From Microbotryum violaceum (Eukaryota), in assembly GCA_001244265.2 (NCBI GenBank), contig LN717261.1, positions 2,743,591 to 2,807,590 of the forward strand: DNA of 64,000 bases, read 5' to 3'. Every line of letters starts with the position of its first letter. The first letter of the stretch is position 1. The position numbers and the translations under genes are program-made. The notes below the pieces were generated by a model. The model ran no database searches. It saw only the letters and a program-made list of their open reading frames with translations, and was not told the origin of the DNA. Shown one piece after another: positions 1 through 12,000 of this stretch.

Positions 1-3000
1 GATTATAGTCGTACAGTTGAACCTTCTTCGATCTTTTGACTTCAGCCCCCCCTGAGACCGCCATACTCCTTGAAGCCCCTTAATTCTTTGAGACGCGTCG
101 AACAAGGCCTCCGATGGCACAAACATCCCGCTCAATGCAAATGATTCACGTGGTCCAAAGGGGGAATGTAACCCCCTGCGACCGCAGCAATCACATACCC
201 CTTGTACCCGTCTGCGCTGGATCTCCACCGCGGATTCCAAACCCCTTTTCGGTTACCAAAGTCGGCCCCCCCTCGCGACCGCACGACCCCAGATCACCCC
301 CATTCCAATGACTGCAACTGCGAAACAGGCCTACTTCGCACAAAAACACACAATCCAGAGATTTCCGGGGAAAGTCACGGAGCATGTGACAGTCCATTGG
401 ACACGCCTCGGTCGGGTGCAGCGCGGGCGGGTGGCCGTCAACACCGGCGCGCGGCTGGAGACAAGGGCGGGGTATACCTTCCGCAGGGGCCTCGCTTCCC
501 TGCGGCGTACTCCCAATCTCGGAACGCACACTCGAGTCCCGTTGTACGTGCAGGTGGTTCCCAATCACCGCAGATACTGGGGAAAGAAGGAGCATGAGGC
601 CCACGACGGTGATGTCATTGGGTGGGACCTCGCTCGAGTGTGGATGTGTATGGCGGTTCGGTACCCGAGTCACCCGCCGCGGGGCCGCGACTCCGAGCGA
701 GCAGCAAAGCAAGGAGAGGCGAGCCACGCAGGCAGTTTGTGCCGGCCTTGAACAGGAGATCACGGGGTCGCTCGACCGAAAGAGAAGACAGACCCGGCCC
801 TTGAGAGGAGTGGAAAACTCACGGTATAGTCCAGGAGAGGGCCAAGGGGATCCGTTTTCGCTGTGTGTCATCGTGATGTGGCAGAAGCTCGAACCAAGGG
901 CGACAATGCCCGCCGGCGCAAAGAACCCGAGGCTCCTGGGGAGTACGGAAGCCTATGAGGAGGAATGGCAAAAAGAGCGAGAGAAAACAGGTTCAGTATT
1001 CTGGCGTGTTTGGGAGACATTTTGGAGATTGAGAAGGAGGGAAAAGGGACTTGTGATTTTTTGGGGGTTTGGTTTTTGCTTGGATAGGGAGGGAGGGACA
1101 TCTACTTCATCGCGCCAATCTGAGCTCCAACCTCTCCTTCAGTCCCGCCATCTCCTTGTCCATGCTCGACATCGCTCTGGCGTGGCGATGGAGATCCCAG
1201 CGTCGGTTGCTGAGAGTGTCGAGCGCCAGCGCAATGAAGGCGCGGATTGGACGCTTTTTCGACGTCGGAAGGCGAGCGCGCAGTCGAGGGAGGCCGTGCT
1301 CGATCTGAAGTGCCGTGTAGTCGAGGTCGAGGATCGACACGACCCCCAGCGCGTCGCAGATAATGGACCTAGCTGCTTGCCAAAATTGAGAAGAGTCAGG
1401 GCAATCATGCCAAAAGTGAGTAAAGTCATCCTCCACCCCTGCCAGGCTGCATGCATGGGCCAGCTCGAGCGCCCGCTGCTGGGCGCCCCGCGGCTCGACC
1501 CTCCTCTTCGTCCCGCACCGATCAACAGAATCAGCCCCCCGCGCGTCATGACAACAATGCAACCGATCTTGGCATTGCGACACGTATACGAGCCCGCCGT
1601 GCAGCTGTGCAGAACGGACAGCGTCGTCAGCGCGATGGCCAACTCGACGCTGGGCTCGTCCCACCACCACCTCCGCATAGGCGAGTGCGCCGGGCTCGAA
1701 TCGCGCTCAAACCCCTCAAGCCACCGTTTCGATCCGCGACGACCTCGGCCCCCAGACGGCCGTGTGCACCCACTGCAAGGCTCGGCACTGGGAGTGCGAA
1801 AGGTCGAAGTCGACCAGACACTTCAGCGCGTGCTGCTCGCAGGGCAAGGTGCGGCTACCTCCCCCTCCCCAGCCCAATCTCGAGTATCGGCAGCTTCTTG
1901 AAGGCTCGGATAGCGGTCAGTTGCCTCCGTCCAACAACATTCGTCTGCAGTAGACCCACATGCTGAATTGTGCGATGCACCTACACAGACGCTAATGCAT
2001 TCCGCGAGAATGCCCGGTCTTACAATAACGCGTTGTCCTTTACTTCGCTCGCTGCCCACTGGGACCAAACCCACGTGGGCACTCTAGGACCTCCCGTGTT
2101 TCGTGTGTTCGGCCGCCTCTATCATCGACTCGGTGCCCTGATCCCTGCCGTGAATCAACGCCCAGCCTTTGCCCAGACATGGCTGATGGACCCGGCCGAG
2201 ACCACCGACACACGACTTCAAGGACCCGACAGCGCAGAGACTCGCATTCAAAGATCAACGCTGACCAAGCTCGAGTCCATGTTGCGCACCGGCAATCGCT
2301 TTGTGAGGGAGTTCGCATCGGCCAAAGCCCGCGCGGGTTGGGATACGGCCAAAGAGTGGGTCCTGCGCCTCTGCCTACCACCAGGCCGAGACCGACGCAC
2401 CCACAACCTTCCTACGTCAAGCACGGAAATGGCGATGCTTATCTGCGATTCCGACACCAACACCGGAGATCGTAGACCGCAAGACCTTATTCTCCAGGTG
2501 CACGGTGATCGATGTCCCGATGGTCGGCCCAAGTACCAAACCGTTAGCTCGCTCCATCCGTCTGCGATGCCTCCCCGGTACCCACTACTCTTCCCCGCGG
2601 GGGAAGATGGCTTCCACCCCAACATTCCTCTTTGCGGTTCGATCGAGTTGGGCCACTCTTCGCCAAAAGACAGCAACAAAGAAGGTGAGGACGAGGAGGA
2701 AGGGGACAAAAAGAACGGTGATGGTGAACATAAGCATCTTTGGCTCCTCCTCGGGTGTTCCCATTCTGTTAAGGCGCGAGCACAGACTGATATTGAATGT
2801 TTGAACACCTACGACGAAGGTCAAGTAAAGGGGGTCAAGGTGGTGAGTCTCGCGTTCACAAATCCTTTGCGTTCTACTTGCACAAACGCGACAAGCCCGC
2901 ATGGCACTCGACGTCCCTTCCCGGCGTTCGTGATCGAAAGATACTCCCAGGCTGAGGCCGATCGACTCAACTACATCCAGTTGCATTAAGAAAACCTACG

Positions 3001-3427
3001 CCTCACCACGACCCAAGGCATCAACGGCTTAACCACGGACCAAATTGGACGCTCGATGACTTTGGGCTCGATGTTCAAGAATAGACCGCGCGACATCATG
3101 CAGCGAGACCAGAATGCGATGGCGTGCGTTGTCAAACATGGAAAGCCTCCGCTGCTCATCACGATGACGTGCGTTCCTGAATCACCGCAAACCAAGGCTG
3201 CACTGGGGCCGAACGACAAAGCATGCAACCGTCCGGATCTCATTGCACGAGTGTTTGAAGCCAAGTCTGGCAGCAAGCGACATGCAGGCTGTTTTGGCGA
3301 TGAATGTAGGATGAATGGATTTTGTTTCTTCTTCGTATTGGCTTTTTTAACCTGAAATCACGTAGACTGTACAATTATCCTGCTATTTGAATTTCATCCT
3401 CCCGTTAATTTAACGGGTTCCCACTGG
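1..3427 (+). mobile_element. Degenerate Helitron (Rep N-terminal part; helicase missing), 5' limit uncertain
   Basis: ORF 1762-1953 has the Helitron-type Cys motif CTHCKARHWECE...ACCSQGKVRLP; ORF 1970-2989 has FRENARSYNNALSFTS...GPPVFRVFGRLYHRLG; ORF 3056-3355 has QNAMACVVKHGKPPLLITMTC (Helitron_like_N). Hairpin CCCGTTAA-T-TTAACGGG (3401-3417) followed by CTGG|T (3424-3428) fits a Helitron 3' end. Confidence 0.8.
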
Positions 3428-3494
3428 TACTAAATAAAGATAAAGGAAGGCGCGCCGCGAGTGTCGAGGTCTGTCGAGGTTGAGCCGCTCTCAG

Positions 3495-5120
3495 CAGGAC
3501 CCCCGAAAGCCCAGCCAGAGGCGCGTGCGGAAAAACGCCCTTTTTTGGCCTTTTTGTCAAAGTTTTTTTACCCTATTTTGGCCCAAAAATGTCAAATTTC
3601 GCATGCGCCTCGGAAATATTATCAAAATGTGTTCTACATGCTCGCTCAAAAGTCCTCGAAAACGCGTTCCGAGCGTTTGCGGGCGCGCGGCGGCCTATCC
3701 GAAGTGGCTTGCGGCGCGCGTCGCTTCGGCTGGTGTTGCGCGTGGCTCCACGCTTCAAACAAGCCTTCCTTGCTTTGCTGGCTGGCTCGCTGCTTCGTTG
3801 ACAGACTTCCTTTTTGCTGAAGTTGAGCTCCTTGTTTCCGCGATGGCATTTGTGCGGCTTGTAGAGGTTCTGCCGGCCGCATCTCGCAGGCCGGGCACGC
3901 TCCGAAGGGCGGCAAACCTTTGCTCGGCGGCATGTGCGCTCGTGCTGATTAGGCGCTCGTCTGGGTCACATGAGGTAAGGTCCGTGGCTGAACGATATGT
4001 AGTCGTTGACGGGCCTAATGACTCGATGACATGTCGACCATCAATCATGCGGAACGGCATAGTGCCATCAATGAGGTGTGTGGAATAGCATGTTTTCTTG
4101 ATGAGGCGAAGCTCCTGTACGACGACATTTGAGAGTAGAGCCAATGAGGCGGCGAGCGTGTCTTGGTTGCTGTGGTTTGTTGTCACTTTGCTGTAGATGT
4201 GTCGCACTGTAGGACACAAGACTTGTGTCAAACGAGAACTTTCTCAACTGCTACTCAAAATAACGCGCGTACCAATTCCGATAGACAGCGCTTCTTCTCC
4301 ATAAACAGTTTGATCGCAGCTGAGTGAATGCATGCCACACTTGAGGCCAAAGCAGATCAGAGATCCAATCCCCAATGGTGTGGCAGCGGTTACAGCTCCG
4401 TCAAGCGATCCAAAATGAGGATAGCGTTGTGCTCAGAGCGCTCCAAACTGCTTGTCTCTCTCAGGGAGCTTTTCCTAAAGAGTCGGGCGGGGTAAGGTCG
4501 AATACTGGGTGGGCTCGTCTTTGGACAACTCGATGAGAAGAGACACGTCGGCGGGAGCGACATCGAAGGCGAGGAGCTCGGCAACTTAACCGTCATGTTG
4601 GTGAGCGGCGATAATCGATCGAAGTCATCGTCGTTCAAATAGTAGTCCTGATCTTCGTCGAGAAACAAGCATGGAATCATTTCGTCGTGCTATGCTCCAG
4701 TGTCACTGCAGAACGAAGTGAAGCGGAACGGAACCTCAGGGGCCCCGTCAATATCAGCAGTGAGAATTATTTTACTTGATAGGGGTACCAAATCCCTGAT
4801 ATTCTCTAGCAGCCACTGAACTAAAGTGATCACCGAAAATGGCTTGTTACTTGTTCAAGCGCGAGCATCGCGAAGCGCGTTTCGAAGCGAAGGCAAACGG
4901 GCCCAAAGCCATGCCGTAGGCTGCTCAGGGTAGGCCAAAATTGGGCCGACTCCGAGTCACGGGAAAATGTCAAAATCTGGACATGCGCCTCGGGGGCGAA
5001 ACGTGTATTTCGTCCCAAAATGTCAATTTTTTGCAATGCGCCTCGACGATTTTCAGGATTTTGGGTCCCCAAAATGTCAAAAAAAAAAATGCGCCTCCGG
5101 CTGGGCTTTCGGGGGTTCTG
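3495..5120 (-). mobile_element. Non-autonomous internal-deletion derivative of the TIR element at 48449-55013 (inverted)
   Basis: TIRs CAGGACCCCCGAAAGCCCAGCCAGAGGCGC (3495) and GCGCCTCCGGCTGGGCTTTCGGGGGTTCTG (to 5120). 3495-~4478 matches the reverse complement of ~54030-55013 and ~4479-5120 matches that of 48449-~49070; ORF pairs 3755-4231/54360-54746 and 4830-5072/48505-48741 are near identical. Confidence 0.9.
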
Positions 5121-5506
5121 CTTGAACGCTCTTGAACGTTTGAACGCGCGAAAGCCTGCGAAGGCGATTTACGAGCTCGGGCCTCCTCGACTGTGCGACC
5201 AGCTAGGACCTAACCGAATATGTGAAATCTAATCAGGCTTGACTAGGTGCGGCGGCGCGCCGGAGCGCGCCACCTCCCACCGTAACCCTTGACCCGCTGC
5301 AATGTGATGTACTTTGCTGCAACAGCTGCGCTACTGTTGTAACGGAAACCTAGTGGTTCAAGTCCGGAGAGGACCGCGCGACGACGATCAAATGTACACA
5401 GCCTTCATTTTATCATTGAACTACTTTTTTGTTCTGCGGGAGCCCGATGATGGGTTCAGACCGTGGACCTTTTCACGGGTGTTGCAAGCTTGACTGGCGA
5501 GTATCC

Positions 5507-7138
5507 ACGGCATGGTGAGCCGCAATTCACGGAACCAGAAGCCTCTTTTTGCGTGACACAACTATCAGTACTATTGCTGTCGTCCATCTGTAGCGATGGC
5601 AGTGAAGACTCACATTTACTGTTCCATGGACCCGGATTTTCAGCGGTACGAAGTCAGTCCTTCCGCTGTATTTTCCAGTGGCCTTTGATCTCCATGCTCT
5701 GCCTTGTATGGAGCACATGATTGCACATACATCGCCCACCCTCAAAATGGTGTGTGCGTACAGCTCAGTATGCCCGTCAACGTTTACGGGTAGCGGTGTA
5801 GCGTAGGACTTTGCTACTTTTCGCCCATTGTAAGTTCCTTCGCCAGCATTTTCGTAAAAGATGTGATGTGTGTTCCCATCGACGTCGTTTTCCCAAGTTG
5901 GCAACGGTGGGTGCCCCCCTTTTCGGGGATAGGGTCACCTCCTGTCACTGACGTCCAATGTCTGTTTTTCATATCAGTTGACGTCATGCCTATGACTGCA
6001 CAGCCATGTCAAGGGATGGCTCACGCATGCAGTGTCACCAGCTGATGGTGAAGAAAAACAACTGGAGGGTTGACATTCAAAGAGGACGTGGTGAAGGGAA
6101 TTTCTGCTTGGTAGTTTTCCATTAGCTCCTGACCAATCCCACACCAAGAGCACAGTTGAAGAAGTTACTTACTCGAATCCGTAGCTATGCTGCGTGCTGC
6201 AGCCATTTCTTGAGAAAACTTGTCCCGTATTCGTTGCAGAGCTTCCACGACGACCCCTTCGGGTGTCGCGAGCTCGAGGCCGATTTGTCTCGAGTACAGT
6301 TCGGGTCGGCCCACCCGTTCGATGTCCGCATGTTTGTCTGCGCTTGCACCATGCCGCTGTTAGTATAGGGTCTCAAAGTCAGGCAAAGACAGCTATTTAC
6401 AGAGAGATGCAGCACCTCAACTTCCCCCCCAGAAGTCAGCATTCATGATGCAAGCGTCGACAATTTGTGTAGGCGATGCCTTGGGAATAACGGGAAGGTA
6501 TCGCTTCGGATCCCCTGTGATGTTACAGTCCGACCGGTCAGTTAGCCATGCTGCCCTGCATTTTGCTTTAAAAGATTGGCACACACCTGCCAACGCGATG
6601 GTCACCACACCAAACGGAGCCGTTGAGGATCTGCCACGGGACGGTGAGCCGGAATTCACGGACCTGTTTTTCTGGCGTGATTTGTTACAACTATCAGTAG
6701 TCTTTGCTGTTGTCCATCTGTAGCAATGGCAGTGAAGACTCACATTTATTGTTCCAATGACCCGGATTCTCAACCGTACGAAGTCAATCGACTCAATCCT
6801 TCCGCTGTGTCACTGACGTTAAATGTCTGTTTTTCGTATCAGTTTTTCCGTCATATCTAAGACTGCACAGCCATGTCAAGGGATAGCTCACGCATGCAGT
6901 GTCACCAGCCGACGGTGAAGAAACAACTCAAGAGTTGATTGACATTCAAAGAGGACGTGCTGAAGGGAACTTCTGCTCGGTAGTTTTCCATTAGCTTCTA
7001 GCAATCCCACACCAAGAGCACAGTTCATGAAGTTACTTACTCGAATTCGTAGCTATGTTGCATGCGGCAGCCATTTCTGTATCCCGTATTCGTTGCAGAG
7101 CTTCCACGACGACCGCTTCGGATGTCGCGAACTCGAGG
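5507..7138 (-). repeat. Diverged direct duplication (5507-~6278 and ~6636-7138) of a probable intron-containing pseudogene, separated by a Helitron helicase fragment
   Basis: Shared blocks such as GATGGCAGTGAAGACTCACATTTA and GCACAGCCATGTCAAGGGAT occur twice; the second copy lacks ~5670-5943. The spacer translates on - to GDPKRYLPVIPKASPTQIVDACIMNADFW, resembling a PIF1/Helitron helicase motif. Confidence 0.65.
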
Positions 7139-7958
7139 TGGCGATGGGATGAGGTGCGATGGGCAAGGTGTGAAGAGCAGGAGGGAGAAAGATGGAGAAG
7201 CCTGCGCCTCAGTTTGAACCGGACTCATAGAATGTCGTGGAAGGCCGTGGAACGTCCTGGAGTGAAGCCCCGTGACACGCTGGCGGGGCCCCTAACGGCG
7301 GAAGTGGCGCACTGGCCGACACTACCGAGGTCTGGCATAGATGATTGAAGGAACTACGCTACGATGTGGTAGACACGCAAAACAGGTCGTCTCAGTCTGC
7401 TTCGGGAAGCAGAGGGTCATGTGCCAGGCTGCTTTGATGGGAAATGGAACCTCGGCGAACGTAGGCGAAACGGTCTGTCGACCCATGCTGAAACAGCGCT
7501 AGCTAGTTCCGGGGACGCGCTGGACCGAGAGCTGCCTATGACGTCACGCCACGTGGTTTGTCTCCCGTTCTTTGACGTTCTTTGTGTCTTTGTCTTGGGG
7601 ACAACTTTTTTATTATGTAGTTTTAAGGAAGTTTTAAGGATAAGGATTCAAGGATACGCAAAAAAAGGGACCGCCAAGCTTGGCCTCGCTCTGGCCGACC
7701 GTGCCACTGCAGATTATTGCAGTCTGCTTCCCGCCCTCGTGACCTTGCAGTAGTGCTTTCGCCTCGAAGGCCTCGATTACGAACGAAGTCGTGCTCCCCG
7801 TCTGGCGAGTTCGAGCGAGAGGCCGATCCAACGTAGCACTTGGACGACCGGCCTCGCCATCTTTGCTCCATCGCGCCTCGCTGAGTCACTTCGTACGGTC
7901 GTCAGCCGTTACATGTCGCCGGGTCATTTCACATCCACCACCGCCACCACATAAGACT

Positions 7959-8556
7959 ATGACCCCATCCACTGACGGGATCGAAGCGGCGCTGGTTTCG
8001 GATCTGGGGTCAAGCATCATCAATCTCGAGCAGTCCTTCTTCCACAATGGCTTTCAAGGCGGCGTCGTCCACGGCCGTTTGCATGGCTTGTTCGAGGGGC
8101 GATCGATCGGCAAAAACCACGCGTGGCAACTCGGCGAAGAGGTTGGCTACTACCATGGCTTCGCTCTCGTATGGGCACACTTGCTGGCTGCACAGGAAAA
8201 GGCACCGACTCGGTGGGTTAGGCTCCTTCTCCGCTTCTCTGCGTCCACACAACTCAATGGAAAGGAAAGCGAACTGAAAATGCGTTGAGAGGTTTTTTCC
8301 GGGGATTGCTTCCTCGTTAACTTCATTCAGCGCAACAACCAACCTCCGACAGATTCTTCTCCTGTCGGCGAGCTTCCCGTTCCGGAACAACTCGTCGCTT
8401 CCGGTAGAGGGGTCTGAGGTCGATATACCAGCGATGCTGAACAACCAACGTGTCAAGTACCGTGTAGTCTGCGCAGCCATAGGGATCCGACCTCGGATCA
8501 CTGTAGCATCTGCCGGCACGAACAGCAGCTCCGGGAAACTTGGTGGGGGCTTATGA
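7959..8556 (+). CDS. LTO1: Yae1_N-domain protein, LTO1/ORAOV1-like (2 exons)
   Basis: MTPSTDG...LEQSFFHNGFQGGVVHGRLHGLFEGRSIG...EEVGYYHGF (repeated GxxxG motif); GT-AG intron ~8213-8330; exon 2 reads ...RVKYRVVCAAIGIRPR...GGGL*. Confidence 0.75.
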
Positions 8557-9001
8557 GGCTTCGACAATCGTTTCGCCCGACCCTGCCTCAAGCGGGTACC
8601 GACTTCACACAAGGCAGACACTGCTTCGATCCCCTGTACATTCAGTAGAACAAGGTGGCCTATTAAATTTGGTTCCACTCGGGGCCTCAGCCGATAATGC
8701 TGGCTTCTGTTCTCCGCGCGTTCGGCATCGCCCACCTTGCAGGCTTCACTTCCGGTCCGACCGAAAGCGCCTTTCAGCCGAGTCATCCATCGTCCCGCCG
8801 ATGGTGTTACCGCAGATCTCGCGCTGGTACTACAGATTGTTAAAGACCTCTGGCTAGTATGTGTATAAACAGTGACCACTTCGTGAATATATCATTCTGG
8901 GTCGTAAACGTGACGTGACAATACAAGCTCCATCCCTCTCGGCCCACCTCTCCGCTGCAGTCACTTCCTTGGGGAATCCCGTCCTGAGAATTCGAAGGAC
9001 G

Positions 9002-12000
9002 CTATTTTGACCCTGCGCCCTCGGATGCTTCGGCCGGTGTACCCTCGAGATGGTCCAATAAGATGCTGATCTTCGATTCACTGCAAAACTCGAGGACATT
9101 AGCCGGGTGGCTTCACATCAAAACAGCCAGACAGCCGCCGCTCGCGAGACTCACGCAGTTCGACATCTCGTCTCGAGTTGAGCGTTCTCGCGTTTCAGCC
9201 ATTCCGCCTTGTTCTGAGCCCTGAGAACTCAACCGTGCTCAGCGCCATCAGTGCGGAAGTGTCGGGAGCATAACATTTTTGAGGACGCACTGTGTCAGTT
9301 CGGCTTCGAGGCGGCCCATCTCGTCGGCGCCCGGCGAGCCGCGGGTCGACGAGCCAGTATTCTTCAGAGCTGACGTGAGCTCTCTTTTGCAGAAATCAAG
9401 CATGGTCAACATCCAACTCAAGCCTATAGGCGGCACCGCATCTTCTGCTATTGACTCACTTGTTCAGGGACGCATTGACCGCCAAAGTCTCCTCGAGATC
9501 ATTCTGGGCTTTCCGGAGCTCCTTATCTAACCTCGTGACTTCGCCGGTCATTTGGTGGAGCTGCTGTTCCGATTGCACGCGAGACGTTTGAAGTGTCCGT
9601 GTATGCTCCTCGCGTAACGAAGTGACCTGCCGTTCGAGCTCGCCCGAGGTGTTTTGTGCTTGCGTGAGGGCAGACCGCAGCGTCTCGAGTTCGGCCACAT
9701 GCTCGGGTCGCGGGGCCTTGTCCTTTGCTTCGAATTCCTCGCACCGCTCTTTGTACCGAGTAAGTTCCTAAGGTGATACAAGATTGACTATAAGCATCCG
9801 CTCGGATGGAATACATCGATTTGACCACATCGTAGCTAGCGACACACCTCCTTCATGCGTCTGAGCATTTTCTCCGTTCCCTGAGCATGCCAGCAGTCCG
9901 CAAGGGTCAGTACAAGTGCCTAAGTATCTCGCTCGCTCAAGGCAGAACACACTTTGACGTAGCTGACGGCTTTCAAATGCGTTCCTTCAAGTTGCCGGTG
10001 CCGCTCTTGAAGTGTTGCAAGATCGGACTCTGCTTTGGTCGCCCGTTCGCGGTCCGCTGACGACTCGACGGGGCTTCGAGACTGAAGATCCTGCAAGCTG
10101 CGTTGGAGCGCTTCTACCTTGGAAGCACTCGTCTTCCGCTCCGAGGCAAGCGAAGCTTCCACCTCCCGATACGCACCAGCTCTCTGCTCTAAGCGCGCCT
10201 CTAGATCCTCAGCTCTGCGCTGTAGAAGCTCCGGCGAGTCTGTGCCTGACAAGGGGGGGAATCGGGTAGCCAGATCGGCATCGGCGACGGGCGACAGTCC
10301 ATGATCCGAGAGCACGCTACGCATTAAGACACTCTTAACTTCGGCCGCCTCCTTGATCTGCGTGGCTGCGTTCAGTTTGGCTTCGGCTCCAAGCAGGGCG
10401 GATCGATGGCGCGCCGCCTCATCAACAGCGAGGGCATGTTGCTGGCGACAGGAAGCTACCTCATTTTGAAGCTCGGCGAGTTGCGAACGCGTCAGAGCTT
10501 CGCGTTGAAGGGCCCCGTCCAGCTCACTCGTACTTGTAGCGTATTTGGTTAGCATTTCTTGATGGAGGCGCAGAAGATCGTCGCGTTCGCGTTCCAGCGC
10601 CCGAGCACGTTCGACTTGCTCTGTGCTTTCGGATCCGACATCCTGGTTCTGCTGCTCGTGGCGCGAAGCCGTCAGCCCAACGAGACCATTCGTGATGAGG
10701 ATCTGCGCTTTCGAGTACGCTTCTCTAGTAGACGTCAACGTCCTCTCGAGATTGGTTGCACGATCCGACAATGCAGCAAATTCGGCTCGCTGGGCATCGA
10801 GTTCGGTTTGGAGTTTGGCTCCGCGCGAGCGATGTTCTGTTGCATCAGCGGTCGCCTTCTCCCAAAGCCCATGGAGTTCATCGTTGCGGTTCGAAGCTGC
10901 GAGCAAAGCTGCATGAGTCTGTTCAACTGCAGCAGCATGCTGATCGACTTCGGTTCGGCTCGATTCGAGATCGCGTCCTAGGGACGAATTCTTTGCCTCA
11001 AGCTGGCTAGAGGCGGCAGTCAAGGTCACGATTTTTTGCGCATGTACTTGAATAGTAGACTCGTGAGTTTGTGCACGTCGTTGCACCTCAGCGCAGTCGC
11101 TGAGCGCCCGCGCGTACGAGGACTCCGCCGCATCAGCTCGATTGGTGGCCATAGCCCGTTGCTCTTCAAGAACGGTTCGCAGATCTACGTGCCGATCCAC
11201 ATCCAACTCGAGTTGGGTGACGCGGAGCTCGAGAGCCGACCGCGTAGCCAGGGCTTGGGCGAGTTTGTCCTCCAATGATCTGGCTCGCTCACGTTCCACA
11301 GCCGCAAAATCGGCCGGTATCCCGCGTTCAAGAGCGGCTGCTTTAGAACGGTAATACGCGGCCTCTTGCAGTGCCACAATCCGGCCCGCATTCGCTTGGC
11401 GCACGCGCTCTTCGACCGTTTCAGCTTCTTCGGCAAGGAAGCGCTGCGAGAGATCAACTATCGCACATCAGCGAGGGTTATCAACATCAAAAGTTCAGGA
11501 TGAGTGGCTGACCTTCGTCTCGGCAAGATTCTCCTTGACTTGCAAGATCATAGCCAATATTGCTGGATCACTCGGCGTAGCACTTGCACTTGACACCCCT
11601 TCTCGTGCCCCAACTGTGACCTTGTAGCCCCTCTGGGTGGCCAGCGACAGTGATTCGGTAAGCCATAGCTCCCGCGCCTTCAGCACCGCAATCTCCTCGT
11701 CTTTGAGTATAAGCTCGGAGTGCGACTGTGCGTCCTGCCCACGTGAGTCATCATTCGAATCCCTTGTCATCACACCATTCATTTTGATCGCAGAGGCTAG
11801 AGGTGTGGGTGTCTTTACAGCCTCTGGTTCAGCGACGGCGGAGGATGAGCCATTGGCAGTTCTGTCGCCAAATTGACTGGCCGAAGCAGCAGACGCTGAA
11901 AGGCTCTGCGACGAGGGCCCTGGTTGAATCGGTGAGCTTGGGAAAGGCGAAGGCGCTGCGCCGCGTGGTCTCTGACTGCCTGACGGTGACAAAGCTCGTT

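Noticed and set aside
191-1901. Long overlapping ORFs (191-871, 594-1901, 1107-1670) as genes
   Set aside because: No recognisable domains; likely GC-driven open frames in or near the Helitron remnant.
8010-8879. 289-aa minus-strand ORF
   Set aside because: Antisense shadow of the LTO1-like gene.
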